From IMG/VR virus record IMGVR_UViG_3300009684_000013, positions 1 to 32,027 of that record: a stretch of 32,027 bases of DNA. One strand, 5' to 3'. The stretch comes from a virus. Lineage: Duplodnaviria; Caudoviricetes. Below, piece by piece: positions 17,080 through 24,516 of the stretch. Under the pieces are notes generated by a model. That model saw only the letters and a program-made list of their open reading frames with translations. It was not told the origin of the DNA and did no database searches. The position numbers were made by a program, and so were the translations under genes. How positions within the stretch are numbered: the first letter of the stretch is position 1; the number at the start of each line of letters is the position of its first letter.

Positions 17080-17599
17080 ATTTGTATATTTTAGAATAAT
17101 CTGTTGGTGCAGTAATATGTTTATATATATGGTAACCCTTATTTGCAAAAAATATATCCCACTCTTCTTGCTCTTTAATATTTATATGCCCCCAAGATTC
17201 ATCCCATTCAGGTATTCTCTGGCTTGTTGAACTAAATAAGATATAGTTAGGTTTAATCTTTTTAAATAAAGAATTTAATTGTTTATCTGTCATATGCTCT
17301 GCAACCTCTATAAATACCATTATATCAGTAGTGATAGGTTTATCTATTATACTTAAATGTGCAGCATTTTGGGTTATATATTCTTTATGTGCATCAAATT
17401 TCTCCCATATTACAACATCAAATCCTGCTTTATGAAAAGCATCTGCATAAACTCCTGTACCTGCTCCATAATCTAAAACTGATTTTCCTAATCCTAATAC
17501 CTGTTGAGCAGTATTGAATGCCAATGATTTAAACATAGGGTTATCAAAACTGATTCCCATCTCTAACTCTGCCTTAAGAAATTCTTTATCCGTTATCAT
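17069..17599 (-). CDS. Class I SAM-dependent methyltransferase (small-molecule/sugar type)
   Basis: VLDYGAGTG motif I, FIEVAEH and GHINIK; no PC (C5) or DPPY/NPPY (amino-MTase) catalytic motif. Confidence 0.8.
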   Translation of the reverse strand: MITDKEFLKAELEMGISFDNPMFKSLAFNTAQQVLGLGKSVLDYGAGTGVYADAFHKAGFDVVIWEKFDAHKEYITQNAAHLSIIDKPITTDIMVFIEVAEHMTDKQLNSLFKKIKPNYILFSSTSQRIPEWDESWGHINIKEQEEWDIFFANKGYHIYKHITAPTDYSKIYKYDN

Positions 17600-17843
17600 T
17601 TATAAAATTTAAATGCTTCATCTTTAAAAATTCTATATGTTGCTTTTTGTCTCCATATTCGATATGACAATTCCTGCACAAACCCATTAGATTTTTGATT
17701 TCATCTTTATTCTTGCTGCTACCCATACCCCTGCAATCTATATGATGAATGTCCACCATCCTTCCACCACAGACTTCGCAACACATAAAATCATCTTTAA
17801 CATAACCAAAAAAATCTAAATATAACTTTGTGTGTTTCCTCAT
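17586..17843 (-). CDS. HNH endonuclease
   Basis: CEVCG...DIHHI...NLMGLCRNCH. Confidence 0.85.
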   Translation of the reverse strand: MRKHTKLYLDFFGYVKDDFMCCEVCGGRMVDIHHIDCRGMGSSKNKDEIKNLMGLCRNCHIEYGDKKQHIEFLKMKHLNFINDNG

Positions 17844-18109
17844 AACGTTCCATCTTGCAAAGGCTCTTTTTTATCATCCTCAATCCTTCTGTATCTCTGC
17901 TTCCAAATTATGTTGCATAAAGATATGCTTTTGTTTACGATTTCATCCTCTTCTGCTTCTGGATATAATAAGTGCAATGTTTCGTGAATAAGTATCTCCA
18001 AATGTTTTTTGCCTTTCAACCTACTATCTAAATATACTATTCCTGTGGAATCTGCTAAACCCCATACTTTTTCTTTGCCTAATTTTTTATATATAACTTT
18101 AATCTCCAC
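17840..18109 (-). CDS. Small HExxH zinc-metallopeptidase-like protein
   Basis: VWGLA...IVYLDSRL...LEILIHETLHLL. Confidence 0.65.
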   Translation of the reverse strand: MEIKVIYKKLGKEKVWGLADSTGIVYLDSRLKGKKHLEILIHETLHLLYPEAEEDEIVNKSISLCNIIWKQRYRRIEDDKKEPLQDGTL

Positions 18110-18287
18110 CTTTTAATTCTAATAAGTCCATTCTTTCTGCTTCACTTACTTCAATCTTCGTTTTACCTCTTACCTGTGCCAATGCTCTTCTATACACCTG
18201 TTCTTTGTTTTGTAAGTCCATAAGCCTTTCTAATAAAAATGCTTCTTGTTGCTCTAAGGTCATCTTGTTTACTTTTTTTGGTATCAT
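18099..18287 (-). CDS. Hypothetical coiled-coil protein
   Basis: 62-aa ORF in a translationally coupled chain. Confidence 0.55.
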   Translation of the reverse strand: MIPKKVNKMTLEQQEAFLLERLMDLQNKEQVYRRALAQVRGKTKIEVSEAERMDLLELKGGD

Positions 18288-19279
18288 AAAACTTTACCTT
18301 TATATATTCTTTTGTTTTGAACTTGAAATTCATCGCCATCTATTTCAATAAACGCAAATCCGTGATTCCATTTATTTAATGGCATATACATTGGATGTAA
18401 TTCAGATAAACAACCCACACTCCAAGTAGTTGTAATCTTACCATTCATATCTGCTTCTGTGTGTTCACTTGTTTGATGATTGTGCCCTTGCATAGCACTA
18501 ACCTTACCTTTTGTAAATAAACCTCTTGCAATATTTACAGGACTGAATGAGCCAAAGTATTCGTGTCCGTGAATGATATTGAGTTCCCCTGCCTTCATAA
18601 TTCTTTTGTCTGCTATTATCTCAATTCCTTCTGCCCTTGCCTTAATTATATTAGCTAACTCAAAATCATCTATTCCTGCCAACTCTCCTGCTTTCATCCA
18701 CAAATAATGCTCATACCTCTCTTCGTGATTACCTATCTTAAAATAAATCTTTGCATCAAAAGTTTTTTTCAATATAGTAATAAAATCTTTGAACGATTCC
18801 AACTCTGAACTAAAACTTCTTTTCTTTGGGTCTTTAGCATACCTGCTTAATCCGAAGAAGTCCAATGTATCTCCATTTAGAAGAATGGCATCTGGTTTTT
18901 GTTTTTTCGCCCAATCGAAGGCAATCGTAAGCGAATTAACAGAATGGTAAGGTATATGTATGTCAGACAATACAAGCAACCTTTGTGCATTAATCTTAAA
19001 AGGCTCATAAATAGTTTCATCACTTGATGGGAGATTGTAAGGATTATATGGTCTGTTTTCTATTTCTTTTCTTATTGTGCTTCTATTGTTCCCCATCTTT
19101 CCCTCAATGGCTCTTAAACTGCTTCTAACTGCTTCTGGACTTTTGAACAATAATTGATTATCGTTATAAATAATTCTTGCAAGTTTTAGACTTGGCATAT
19201 CCCAACCATATTTTTCCCTGTATTCAGCACAAAGATTAGCCTTTGTTGTAAATGGTTTTTCCGTGTTCTTTTGTTGCAT
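18284..19279 (-). CDS. Calcineurin-like metallophosphoesterase
   Basis: LSDIHIP, LNGDTLD, GNHE, HGHE and GHNH motifs. Confidence 0.9.
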   Translation of the reverse strand: MQQKNTEKPFTTKANLCAEYREKYGWDMPSLKLARIIYNDNQLLFKSPEAVRSSLRAIEGKMGNNRSTIRKEIENRPYNPYNLPSSDETIYEPFKINAQRLLVLSDIHIPYHSVNSLTIAFDWAKKQKPDAILLNGDTLDFFGLSRYAKDPKKRSFSSELESFKDFITILKKTFDAKIYFKIGNHEERYEHYLWMKAGELAGIDDFELANIIKARAEGIEIIADKRIMKAGELNIIHGHEYFGSFSPVNIARGLFTKGKVSAMQGHNHQTSEHTEADMNGKITTTWSVGCLSELHPMYMPLNKWNHGFAFIEIDGDEFQVQNKRIYKGKVL

Positions 19280-19685
19280 AAAGTATTTGTTTTCTGTTTA
19301 ATGGAGAATAACTTATATGCACCCAATCAGGATTCTCTTTTGTTCCGAACTCCCAAATAAGTTGGTCAAATGGTAAAGTTTTTGCATACTCAAAGATAGC
19401 ACTATTTTTTATATCTGTGCCATCCATATCAATATCAATAGCCATACCCCTATTATGTTGGCTATTTAATGCACCACCAATGGAAGCATTTAAAGCCTGA
19501 CTTCTATATCCTGAACTGATATAAATTGGTGTTCCAAAATGATTTCTAATAGGCTCAAAAATATGCTCTGCTAACTGCTTTAAGTTTTCAATATGCTCTG
19601 GAGTTGGCATATTTGATATTCCTAATCTCTTTGCAGATTCACTTCTGATAAGTTCTGCTAAGTCAAGGTGTTCACTTATCTTCAT
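19236..19685 (-). CDS. Endolysin, peptidase M15 family
   Basis: SSGYRS...N...GGALNSQHNRGMAIDI...FDQLIWE...WVHISY. Confidence 0.9.
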   Translation of the reverse strand: MKISEHLDLAELIRSESAKRLGISNMPTPEHIENLKQLAEHIFEPIRNHFGTPIYISSGYRSQALNASIGGALNSQHNRGMAIDIDMDGTDIKNSAIFEYAKTLPFDQLIWEFGTKENPDWVHISYSPLNRKQILYATKEHGKTIYNKG

Positions 19686-19869
19686 CTTTTTTAAATATTT
19701 TTTCTGCAGTTGTTAATCCCAAAGCAGCCATTGCTATCCCACAAACTGAATAAACTAAAGCATCATTTGGAGTATGAATTAATTTACCGCAAAGTGAAAT
19801 TGTGGCAATAAATCCGCATAATCTTTTCATTGAAAGCCTTTCATTAGCTTCTGTGAAAAATTGCTTCAT
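19672..19869 (-). CDS. Holin-like membrane protein
   Basis: 65 aa with two hydrophobic segments, an SMKR motif and a charged C-tail; adjacent to the endolysin. Confidence 0.6.
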   Translation of the reverse strand: MKQFFTEANERLSMKRLCGFIATISLCGKLIHTPNDALVYSVCGIAMAALGLTTAEKIFKKDEDK

Positions 19870-20024
19870 TTTTTGAATTCGTGAAATATCTTATAAATAT
19901 TATAAACTATTGTTGTTATTCCTGCTACTATTGCCACATACATAGCTACATCGTTCGTACTCACATCTGCAAATAACTTTAAAATTAGGGTTGTTATACA
20001 CATCCCAATGCTTTTACTATCCAT
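19866..20024 (-). CDS. Holin/antiholin-like membrane protein (start revised to ATG 20024)
   Basis: 52 aa with a TM segment VAMYVAIVAGITTIVYNIY; within the lysis cluster. Confidence 0.55.
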   Translation of the reverse strand: MDSKSIGMCITTLILKLFADVSTNDVAMYVAIVAGITTIVYNIYKIFHEFKK

Positions 20025-20475
20025 TATCAATTTCTTTAAGTTTTCTACAAGCAAACTTCACTCCTTTTGTATCTGTACGTTTATTGATTTGTTCTACTTC
20101 ATTGGAATTATTATCATAATGTGTACCAATTCCGTAGTGTGCAACTGCTGACCATTTTAAAGAGCCGTTGGTAAATATTACCCTACTTTCAGGAATACCT
20201 AATTTTTTAGCCATATTAAGCACTTCTTGGCTCTTTGACCTGCGTGTAATGATATATACCTGCTTACCTTCTTTTATGTCTTTAATAGCCTGTTTTTGCC
20301 CTCTTTCTGTGCTTAAAGTATCATCATAATCATAAGATACTTTATTTGCATCTGCTTTATATTTTCCTGAAGCTAAAATTGCCTGCCAAACTTTAGTTGC
20401 TTTATCCTCTGAATCATATATACAAGCCCCTGAACCAATCCGATAATTTCCATTTGAACATTTTATTACAGGCAC
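20017..20475 (-). CDS. HAD-superfamily phosphatase-like protein with a short N-terminal Cys-containing module
   Basis: KVSYDYDDTL (motif I), YIITRR (motif II), K and HYDNN (motif IV). Confidence 0.6.
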   Translation of the reverse strand: MPVIKCSNGNYRIGSGACIYDSEDKATKVWQAILASGKYKADANKVSYDYDDTLSTERGQKQAIKDIKEGKQVYIITRRSKSQEVLNMAKKLGIPESRVIFTNGSLKWSAVAHYGIGTHYDNNSNEVEQINKRTDTKGVKFACRKLKEIDNG

Positions 20476-20477
20476 AA

Positions 20478-21470
20478 TTAGAGTATTTGTTGATAAATGT
20501 CTTTTCTTTTGGTATTTATCACATCAAAGTTAAAATGCTTATTGCAATACTCAAATAACTGCTCTCCAGATTCTTTTCGCATCTGCTTATCATTTACCAA
20601 ATCGTTTATGTGTTTAAACCAATCAGATTGCTTTTTCACATAATGTACAGGTAAATTTAAATATGGATTAACGTGGCTTACGATTGCAGGATTCTTTTTT
20701 GAAGCAGTTTCCAAAACCTTCAGATTTGATTTCATCCCTGTAAACTTTGTTTCAAGTAAAGGAATAAGGCTAATATCTGAATCAGCATAGGCAGCCATAT
20801 ATTTTGTTACCTCGTTATAATTGTAAATAGTTGGGTTAAGCCTTAATGAGCAGGTAAATGATGCTATCATTCTATCCCAAAGATGCTTTTCAACTTCATT
20901 ATAACCTGCAATAACTGCTTTAATAGGCATACCTAAAAGCCTCTTCATTGGATTTCTTAATATGGCTAAATCGTGTTCGTGTGTTGCACTACCTGACCAA
21001 AACAACCTAACCTTATCTGATTCCACCTTGTTATCTAAAAACTGCTCCTTTCCATAAGGCAAGGCATTTGGTAGAATATGTACATTTTTATTTAGTTTAT
21101 AAATCTCATCTGCTAATCTTTCGTGAGTGCAGGTACATAAATCTGCCTCCTGTATAAATCCTTTTATCCTTTCAACTATCCCTAAATCTTTATAAGTTTC
21201 ATATAATACGTGATGTGTATCTAATTCCCAAAAATCATCATTATCAACTACTAATTTAAACCCATATTGTTTTCGCAATTCGCAAACTGCTTCAACACTT
21301 ATATTTGATAAAACCCTATTGATTACAAGTATATCATAATTGTTATCTAATATTTCGTGACTTAAAGTATCAGTTACCATTGCATATTCCTTCTGCAAAT
21401 GTACCAATGGCATCATTATTCTATGATATCCAACTCCAGAATGCTTAGATGTTATCGCTAATATTCTCAT
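20478..21470 (-). CDS. Glycosyltransferase (GT-B, GT4-like)
   Basis: SGVGYHRIMMP, VVDNDDFW, LPNAL, FWSGSATHEHDL and DISLIPL...KSNLKVLE. Confidence 0.85.
   Translation of the reverse strand: MRILAITSKHSGVGYHRIMMPLVHLQKEYAMVTDTLSHEILDNNYDILVINRVLSNISVEAVCELRKQYGFKLVVDNDDFWELDTHHVLYETYKDLGIVERIKGFIQEADLCTCTHERLADEIYKLNKNVHILPNALPYGKEQFLDNKVESDKVRLFWSGSATHEHDLAILRNPMKRLLGMPIKAVIAGYNEVEKHLWDRMIASFTCSLRLNPTIYNYNEVTKYMAAYADSDISLIPLLETKFTGMKSNLKVLETASKKNPAIVSHVNPYLNLPVHYVKKQSDWFKHINDLVNDKQMRKESGEQLFEYCNKHFNFDVINTKRKDIYQQIL
20494..20520 (-). promoter_or_regulatory. Putative late promoter (GATA-N16-ACATTTA) inside the 3' end of the GT gene
   Basis: Motif copy 18 nt upstream of the GTG at 20475, heading the lysis/modification/terminase block. 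Confidence 0.6.
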
Positions 21471-21816
21471 TAAATAATAAATTGATTGGTACTAAAACAC
21501 CTAAAGAAGTATTATTATCTCCTCCTTTTTTATATCCGTTGATGTTATAACAAAGCCTAACAATATCTTTTAAAGTTTTTGTTGCAATAATTATTGAAAC
21601 ATTAGTTAACTTGAATATCCAATATTCAGCCTGTGTTGTAGTTAACCCACTTTTTTTACCTCTTGAATAAATTTCTATGTAAATGTTTTTAGTTTTATCA
21701 GCCATTAAATCTGTCTTTACTTCTATCTTCTTTCCATCTGAAAATAGTTCGTTGAGCCAAGTTTCTGACTTTTCTCCTAATTCAAGGTCATAATAAAATG
21801 AACTGCTATATTTCAT
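21445..21816 (-). CDS. PD-(D/E)XK-like nuclease-fold protein
   Basis: KIEVKTD...NIYIE...SGLTTTQAEYW. Confidence 0.55.
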   Translation of the reverse strand: MKYSSSFYYDLELGEKSETWLNELFSDGKKIEVKTDLMADKTKNIYIEIYSRGKKSGLTTTQAEYWIFKLTNVSIIIATKTLKDIVRLCYNINGYKKGGDNNTSLGVLVPINLLFNENISDNI

Positions 21817-22112
21817 TTTTTAGGTCTGCCTCTTTTTTTCTGTACAAGATTCTGTACATCTTCCTGTGGAAGTTCCAAATAAAATTGATATAATCGTTCC
21901 AATGCTCCAAAAATATCATCTTTGCAATACTTACACATTATGTAAGTTGGATTCAAATACTTCCTGTATAGTACCTCATATTGATTCAAAACAGGTAATT
22001 CAATATTTCTGACAAAACCTGCTTGACTTATGGTGTGGTAATTATTTATGTTAGCTTCTAAAAAGTCCTTATCATTTTGTTCCATAAAAAATTTGATTAT
22101 AAAGTTTAACAA
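21813..22112 (-). CDS. Hypothetical protein with CxxC and a C-terminal AT-hook-like KKRGRPKK
   Basis: Motifs visible in the translation; the true start may be the internal MEQND. Confidence 0.55.
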   Translation of the reverse strand: MLNFIIKFFMEQNDKDFLEANINNYHTISQAGFVRNIELPVLNQYEVLYRKYLNPTYIMCKYCKDDIFGALERLYQFYLELPQEDVQNLVQKKRGRPKK

Positions 22113-22317
22113 ATAAAGGTGCTATTGCTCCAGATACAAACATTCCCATCAAAGGCATCTTGATAAAATCAGGCAAGAAATAAACTAATAAGGATGTCCA
22201 AGCAGCTAAACAACTTACGCAGTTAAATGGTCTGAAATCTAACTTTAATTTTCTATTAAATTGATGCATCTCTGTAAAGAAAAATGCAAAGCATATTCCT
22301 GTGATAATTTCAATCAT
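22072..22317 (-). CDS. Small membrane protein with CxxC (DUF1360-like)
   Basis: Hydrophobic segments and RPFNCVSCLAAW. Confidence 0.55.
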   Translation of the reverse strand: MIEIITGICFAFFFTEMHQFNRKLKLDFRPFNCVSCLAAWTSLLVYFLPDFIKMPLMGMFVSGAIAPLFVKLYNQIFYGTK

Positions 22318-22798
22318 TGTTTCTGATTTTAGATTTTAATTCTGATTTAGTTATATTTAGAGTTCTAATAATACTCATATAAGGAATTCCTGTATCTCTG
22401 CTAAGAGCCTTTGCGTTACAATTAAATTCTTCTGTATAAAGCCTCAACAATTCTTTTTTATACCAATGTAAATCTTGTATTGAAGATTGTACTTTGGAAG
22501 TTAAATCTTCTTGATGGTTTTCAGTTACTTCATTCGCACTATATTCTACAAAGTTTCTGTACTTTTTATAAAATTGATTGTTACTATTCTGAACAAGATT
22601 TAACATTATCCTTACTACATAAAATCTTAATTCTTTTTTATCATACAGAGTAATAAGTTTCTCATTTGGCAGTTCAGCTAATATTAAAAATACTTCACTT
22701 TTTAGGTCATCTTGCAGTTCAATGGGATGCATCTTACTAAAGGCTTTGTTAACCTCTTCAGATTGCCAAAATTCAATTAAAATTTCGTTCCTTCCCAT
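22310..22798 (-). CDS. Phage sigma-70/ECF-like sigma factor
   Basis: Region-2-like QDDLKSEVFLIL...FYVVRIMLN and region-4-like HTH WYKKELLRLY...AKALSRDTGIPYMSIIRTL. Confidence 0.7.
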   Translation of the reverse strand: MGRNEILIEFWQSEEVNKAFSKMHPIELQDDLKSEVFLILAELPNEKLITLYDKKELRFYVVRIMLNLVQNSNNQFYKKYRNFVEYSANEVTENHQEDLTSKVQSSIQDLHWYKKELLRLYTEEFNCNAKALSRDTGIPYMSIIRTLNITKSELKSKIRNND

Positions 22799-23091
22799 TG
22801 TATTAAAATCGGTTTACCATTTTCCTCTGTACAAAGGTAAGCCTTTCCTCCACAACTAATAATATCTTTAATTCTATCCTGTTGTTCTGGACTTAATCTA
22901 TCTCCTATCTTTTTAACTTCTATTCCTACAAATATTCCTGTATCTGTGTAACCAATTAAATCGCACCATCCCTTTTCAATCGTTCCCTTTCTTCTCTGGA
23001 TAGGTGTGTTGTTCATTCGTGTTACTCTCCAATTTTGTTTTTTAGAGTAATCCTTTGCCCATTTGGTTAACTCATTTGCTGATATGTCCAT
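22777..23091 (-). CDS. VRR-NUC domain nuclease (Holliday-junction-resolvase-like)
   Basis: KGWCDLIG...FVGIEVKKIGDRLSPEQ...GGKAY. Confidence 0.8.
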   Translation of the reverse strand: MDISANELTKWAKDYSKKQNWRVTRMNNTPIQRRKGTIEKGWCDLIGYTDTGIFVGIEVKKIGDRLSPEQQDRIKDIISCGGKAYLCTEENGKPILIQWEGTKF

Positions 23092-23098
23092 TATTTAT

Positions 23099-23293
23099 TC
23101 ATTTAGGATTAGATAACATTTGTTTTATCTTTTCTAAATATAAGCAGTAATCCATAGCCTCTTCCTGTGCGTGGTTTACCCATTCTAATAATTCAAGGTC
23201 GTTTCTATCCAAAGTAGTGCCATATTTTAACTGACCTTTATCTGCCCTTTCTTTATATTTCTCAATTAATGCTTCTAATATTTTGTCTTTCAT
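23099..23293 (-). CDS. Small all-alpha nucleotide-pyrophosphohydrolase-like protein
   Basis: GQLKYGTTLDRNDL...WVNHAQEEAMDYCLYL resembles the MazG-like EExxD motif. Confidence 0.5.
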   Translation of the reverse strand: MKDKILEALIEKYKERADKGQLKYGTTLDRNDLELLEWVNHAQEEAMDYCLYLEKIKQMLSNPK

Positions 23294-23517
23294 TTTTCTA
23301 AGTTTACATTATAATCATTCATCAATTCGTGTAGCTTATCTCTGATTTTTTGGTAAACATCGTAATCATCATCTGTCATATCATCTGGAGCATACTTTGT
23401 ATTAGCTCTTAATTCTTGGTCAAGTTCCCATAATACGTGCCAAAAAGCAAGTCCACTATTTGCAAGGTCATATTCCTGTTGGTCATCTGGAAGATTAAAT
23501 TCAAGTGTTGCTTTCAT
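23290..23517 (-). CDS. Conserved phage hypothetical protein (MKATLEFNLP family)
   Basis: 75-aa acidic ORF with a recurrent phage N-terminus. Confidence 0.6.
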   Translation of the reverse strand: MKATLEFNLPDDQQEYDLANSGLAFWHVLWELDQELRANTKYAPDDMTDDDYDVYQKIRDKLHELMNDYNVNLEK

Positions 23518-23518
23518 T

Positions 23519-23548
23519 TGTCAAGTTTTAGGTTTACTTTATAAGACA
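23519..23548 (-). repeat. 30-bp 11-8-11 site TGTCTTATAAA-GTAAACCT-AAAACTTGACA
   Basis: Fills the intergenic gap; same length as 13290-13319 and shares its 11-bp arm exactly. Confidence 0.6.
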
Positions 23549-23549
23549 T

Positions 23550-23783
23550 TTAGGTAAGTGATTGCTTTACAAATTCTACAAATTTTATCTTAGCTATGTA
23601 CGAATTTCCTCCAACGTGAATCTCTGTATATTCTTTATCTCCAATCTGTACCGACATTGCTAAATCTATATTTCTAAAAAGGACAGATTTTGTCTCCAGA
23701 GTATTCCAATCAACTTCTAAACCTACATTGCTCATTAACTCCGTAGTTTCTGTGTGGCAATAAACATCAAGTAGTAAGTTCAT
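23550..23783 (-). CDS. Hypothetical protein
   Basis: 77-aa ORF overlapping the end of the upstream gene. Confidence 0.55.
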   Translation of the reverse strand: MNLLLDVYCHTETTELMSNVGLEVDWNTLETKSVLFRNIDLAMSVQIGDKEYTEIHVGGNSYIAKIKFVEFVKQSLT

Positions 23784-24516
23784 TAATTTTATTATTAAAA
23801 TACAAAGCTACTGCCATTCTGCGACAATTTAATTCCATTTGGTCATCATCTTTAAATTCAGCAATCAAATTTTTTTTATCTTCGTGGTCTGCTCTGTCTA
23901 TTCTTCTCTGCATTGCCTCTTCAGTTTTACTTACAATATAGTCCACATCATTACCTACTTCTCCCCTACTATGCAGGATATTAAAGGTTTTTAAGCAATA
24001 AAATATTGACCACCATTGTTTAAACTTTTTATAACTATCAAATGAAATTTCTATAATATCATCTTCAGGAAGTGAAGGTTTTAATTGTACAGGCTCTTTT
24101 ACTTCTTCTACAAAGTGTTTATGTGATGCCCATCTTGCGTATGCAGATAACATTCTGTTTAGGTATAGTACTGAAAATGATTGATATGTTTCATTATCGT
24201 AATCAAGTTGTCCTCTGGATGCTAAAGTAAAGGCAAGGTCTAATTCTCCAATAGTTAAGTTTATATAATGGCTTCTAAGTTCAGCCACAATTAATTTCAT
24301 TGACATTTCATCTGGATGCTTCTCTCCTTTAATTCCCAATAGCATCAATCCCATTTCAATCACTTGCAGGATGACAGGAATATTAACTGCTTTTAGTTTT
24401 TCAGTTTTCTTCGCCTGTAAAAAAAGGTTGTTTTCCTTCTGCTGCATCCCATTCGTTTGCCCATTTGAGATTTCTGTCGTAGTGTTCTTTGTAATAATCT
24501 GAAGTTGATTTTCCAT
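23767..24516 (-). CDS. Replication accessory protein (helicase loader/inhibitor-like)
   Basis: Directly follows the initiator, in a lambda O/P-like arrangement; LTIGELDLAF...FSVLYLNRMLSAY helical domain. The call is positional. Confidence 0.45.
   Translation of the reverse strand: MENQLQIITKNTTTEISNGQTNGMQQKENNLFLQAKKTEKLKAVNIPVILQVIEMGLMLLGIKGEKHPDEMSMKLIVAELRSHYINLTIGELDLAFTLASRGQLDYDNETYQSFSVLYLNRMLSAYARWASHKHFVEEVKEPVQLKPSLPEDDIIEISFDSYKKFKQWWSIFYCLKTFNILHSRGEVGNDVDYIVSKTEEAMQRRIDRADHEDKKNLIAEFKDDDQMELNCRRMAVALYFNNKINELTT

Noticed and set aside
17069-17599. Methyltransferase as the DNA C5-MTase partner of TET
   Set aside because: It is only 176 aa and lacks the PC, ENV and QxRxR motifs and DPPY/NPPY; it resembles small-molecule/sugar MTases.
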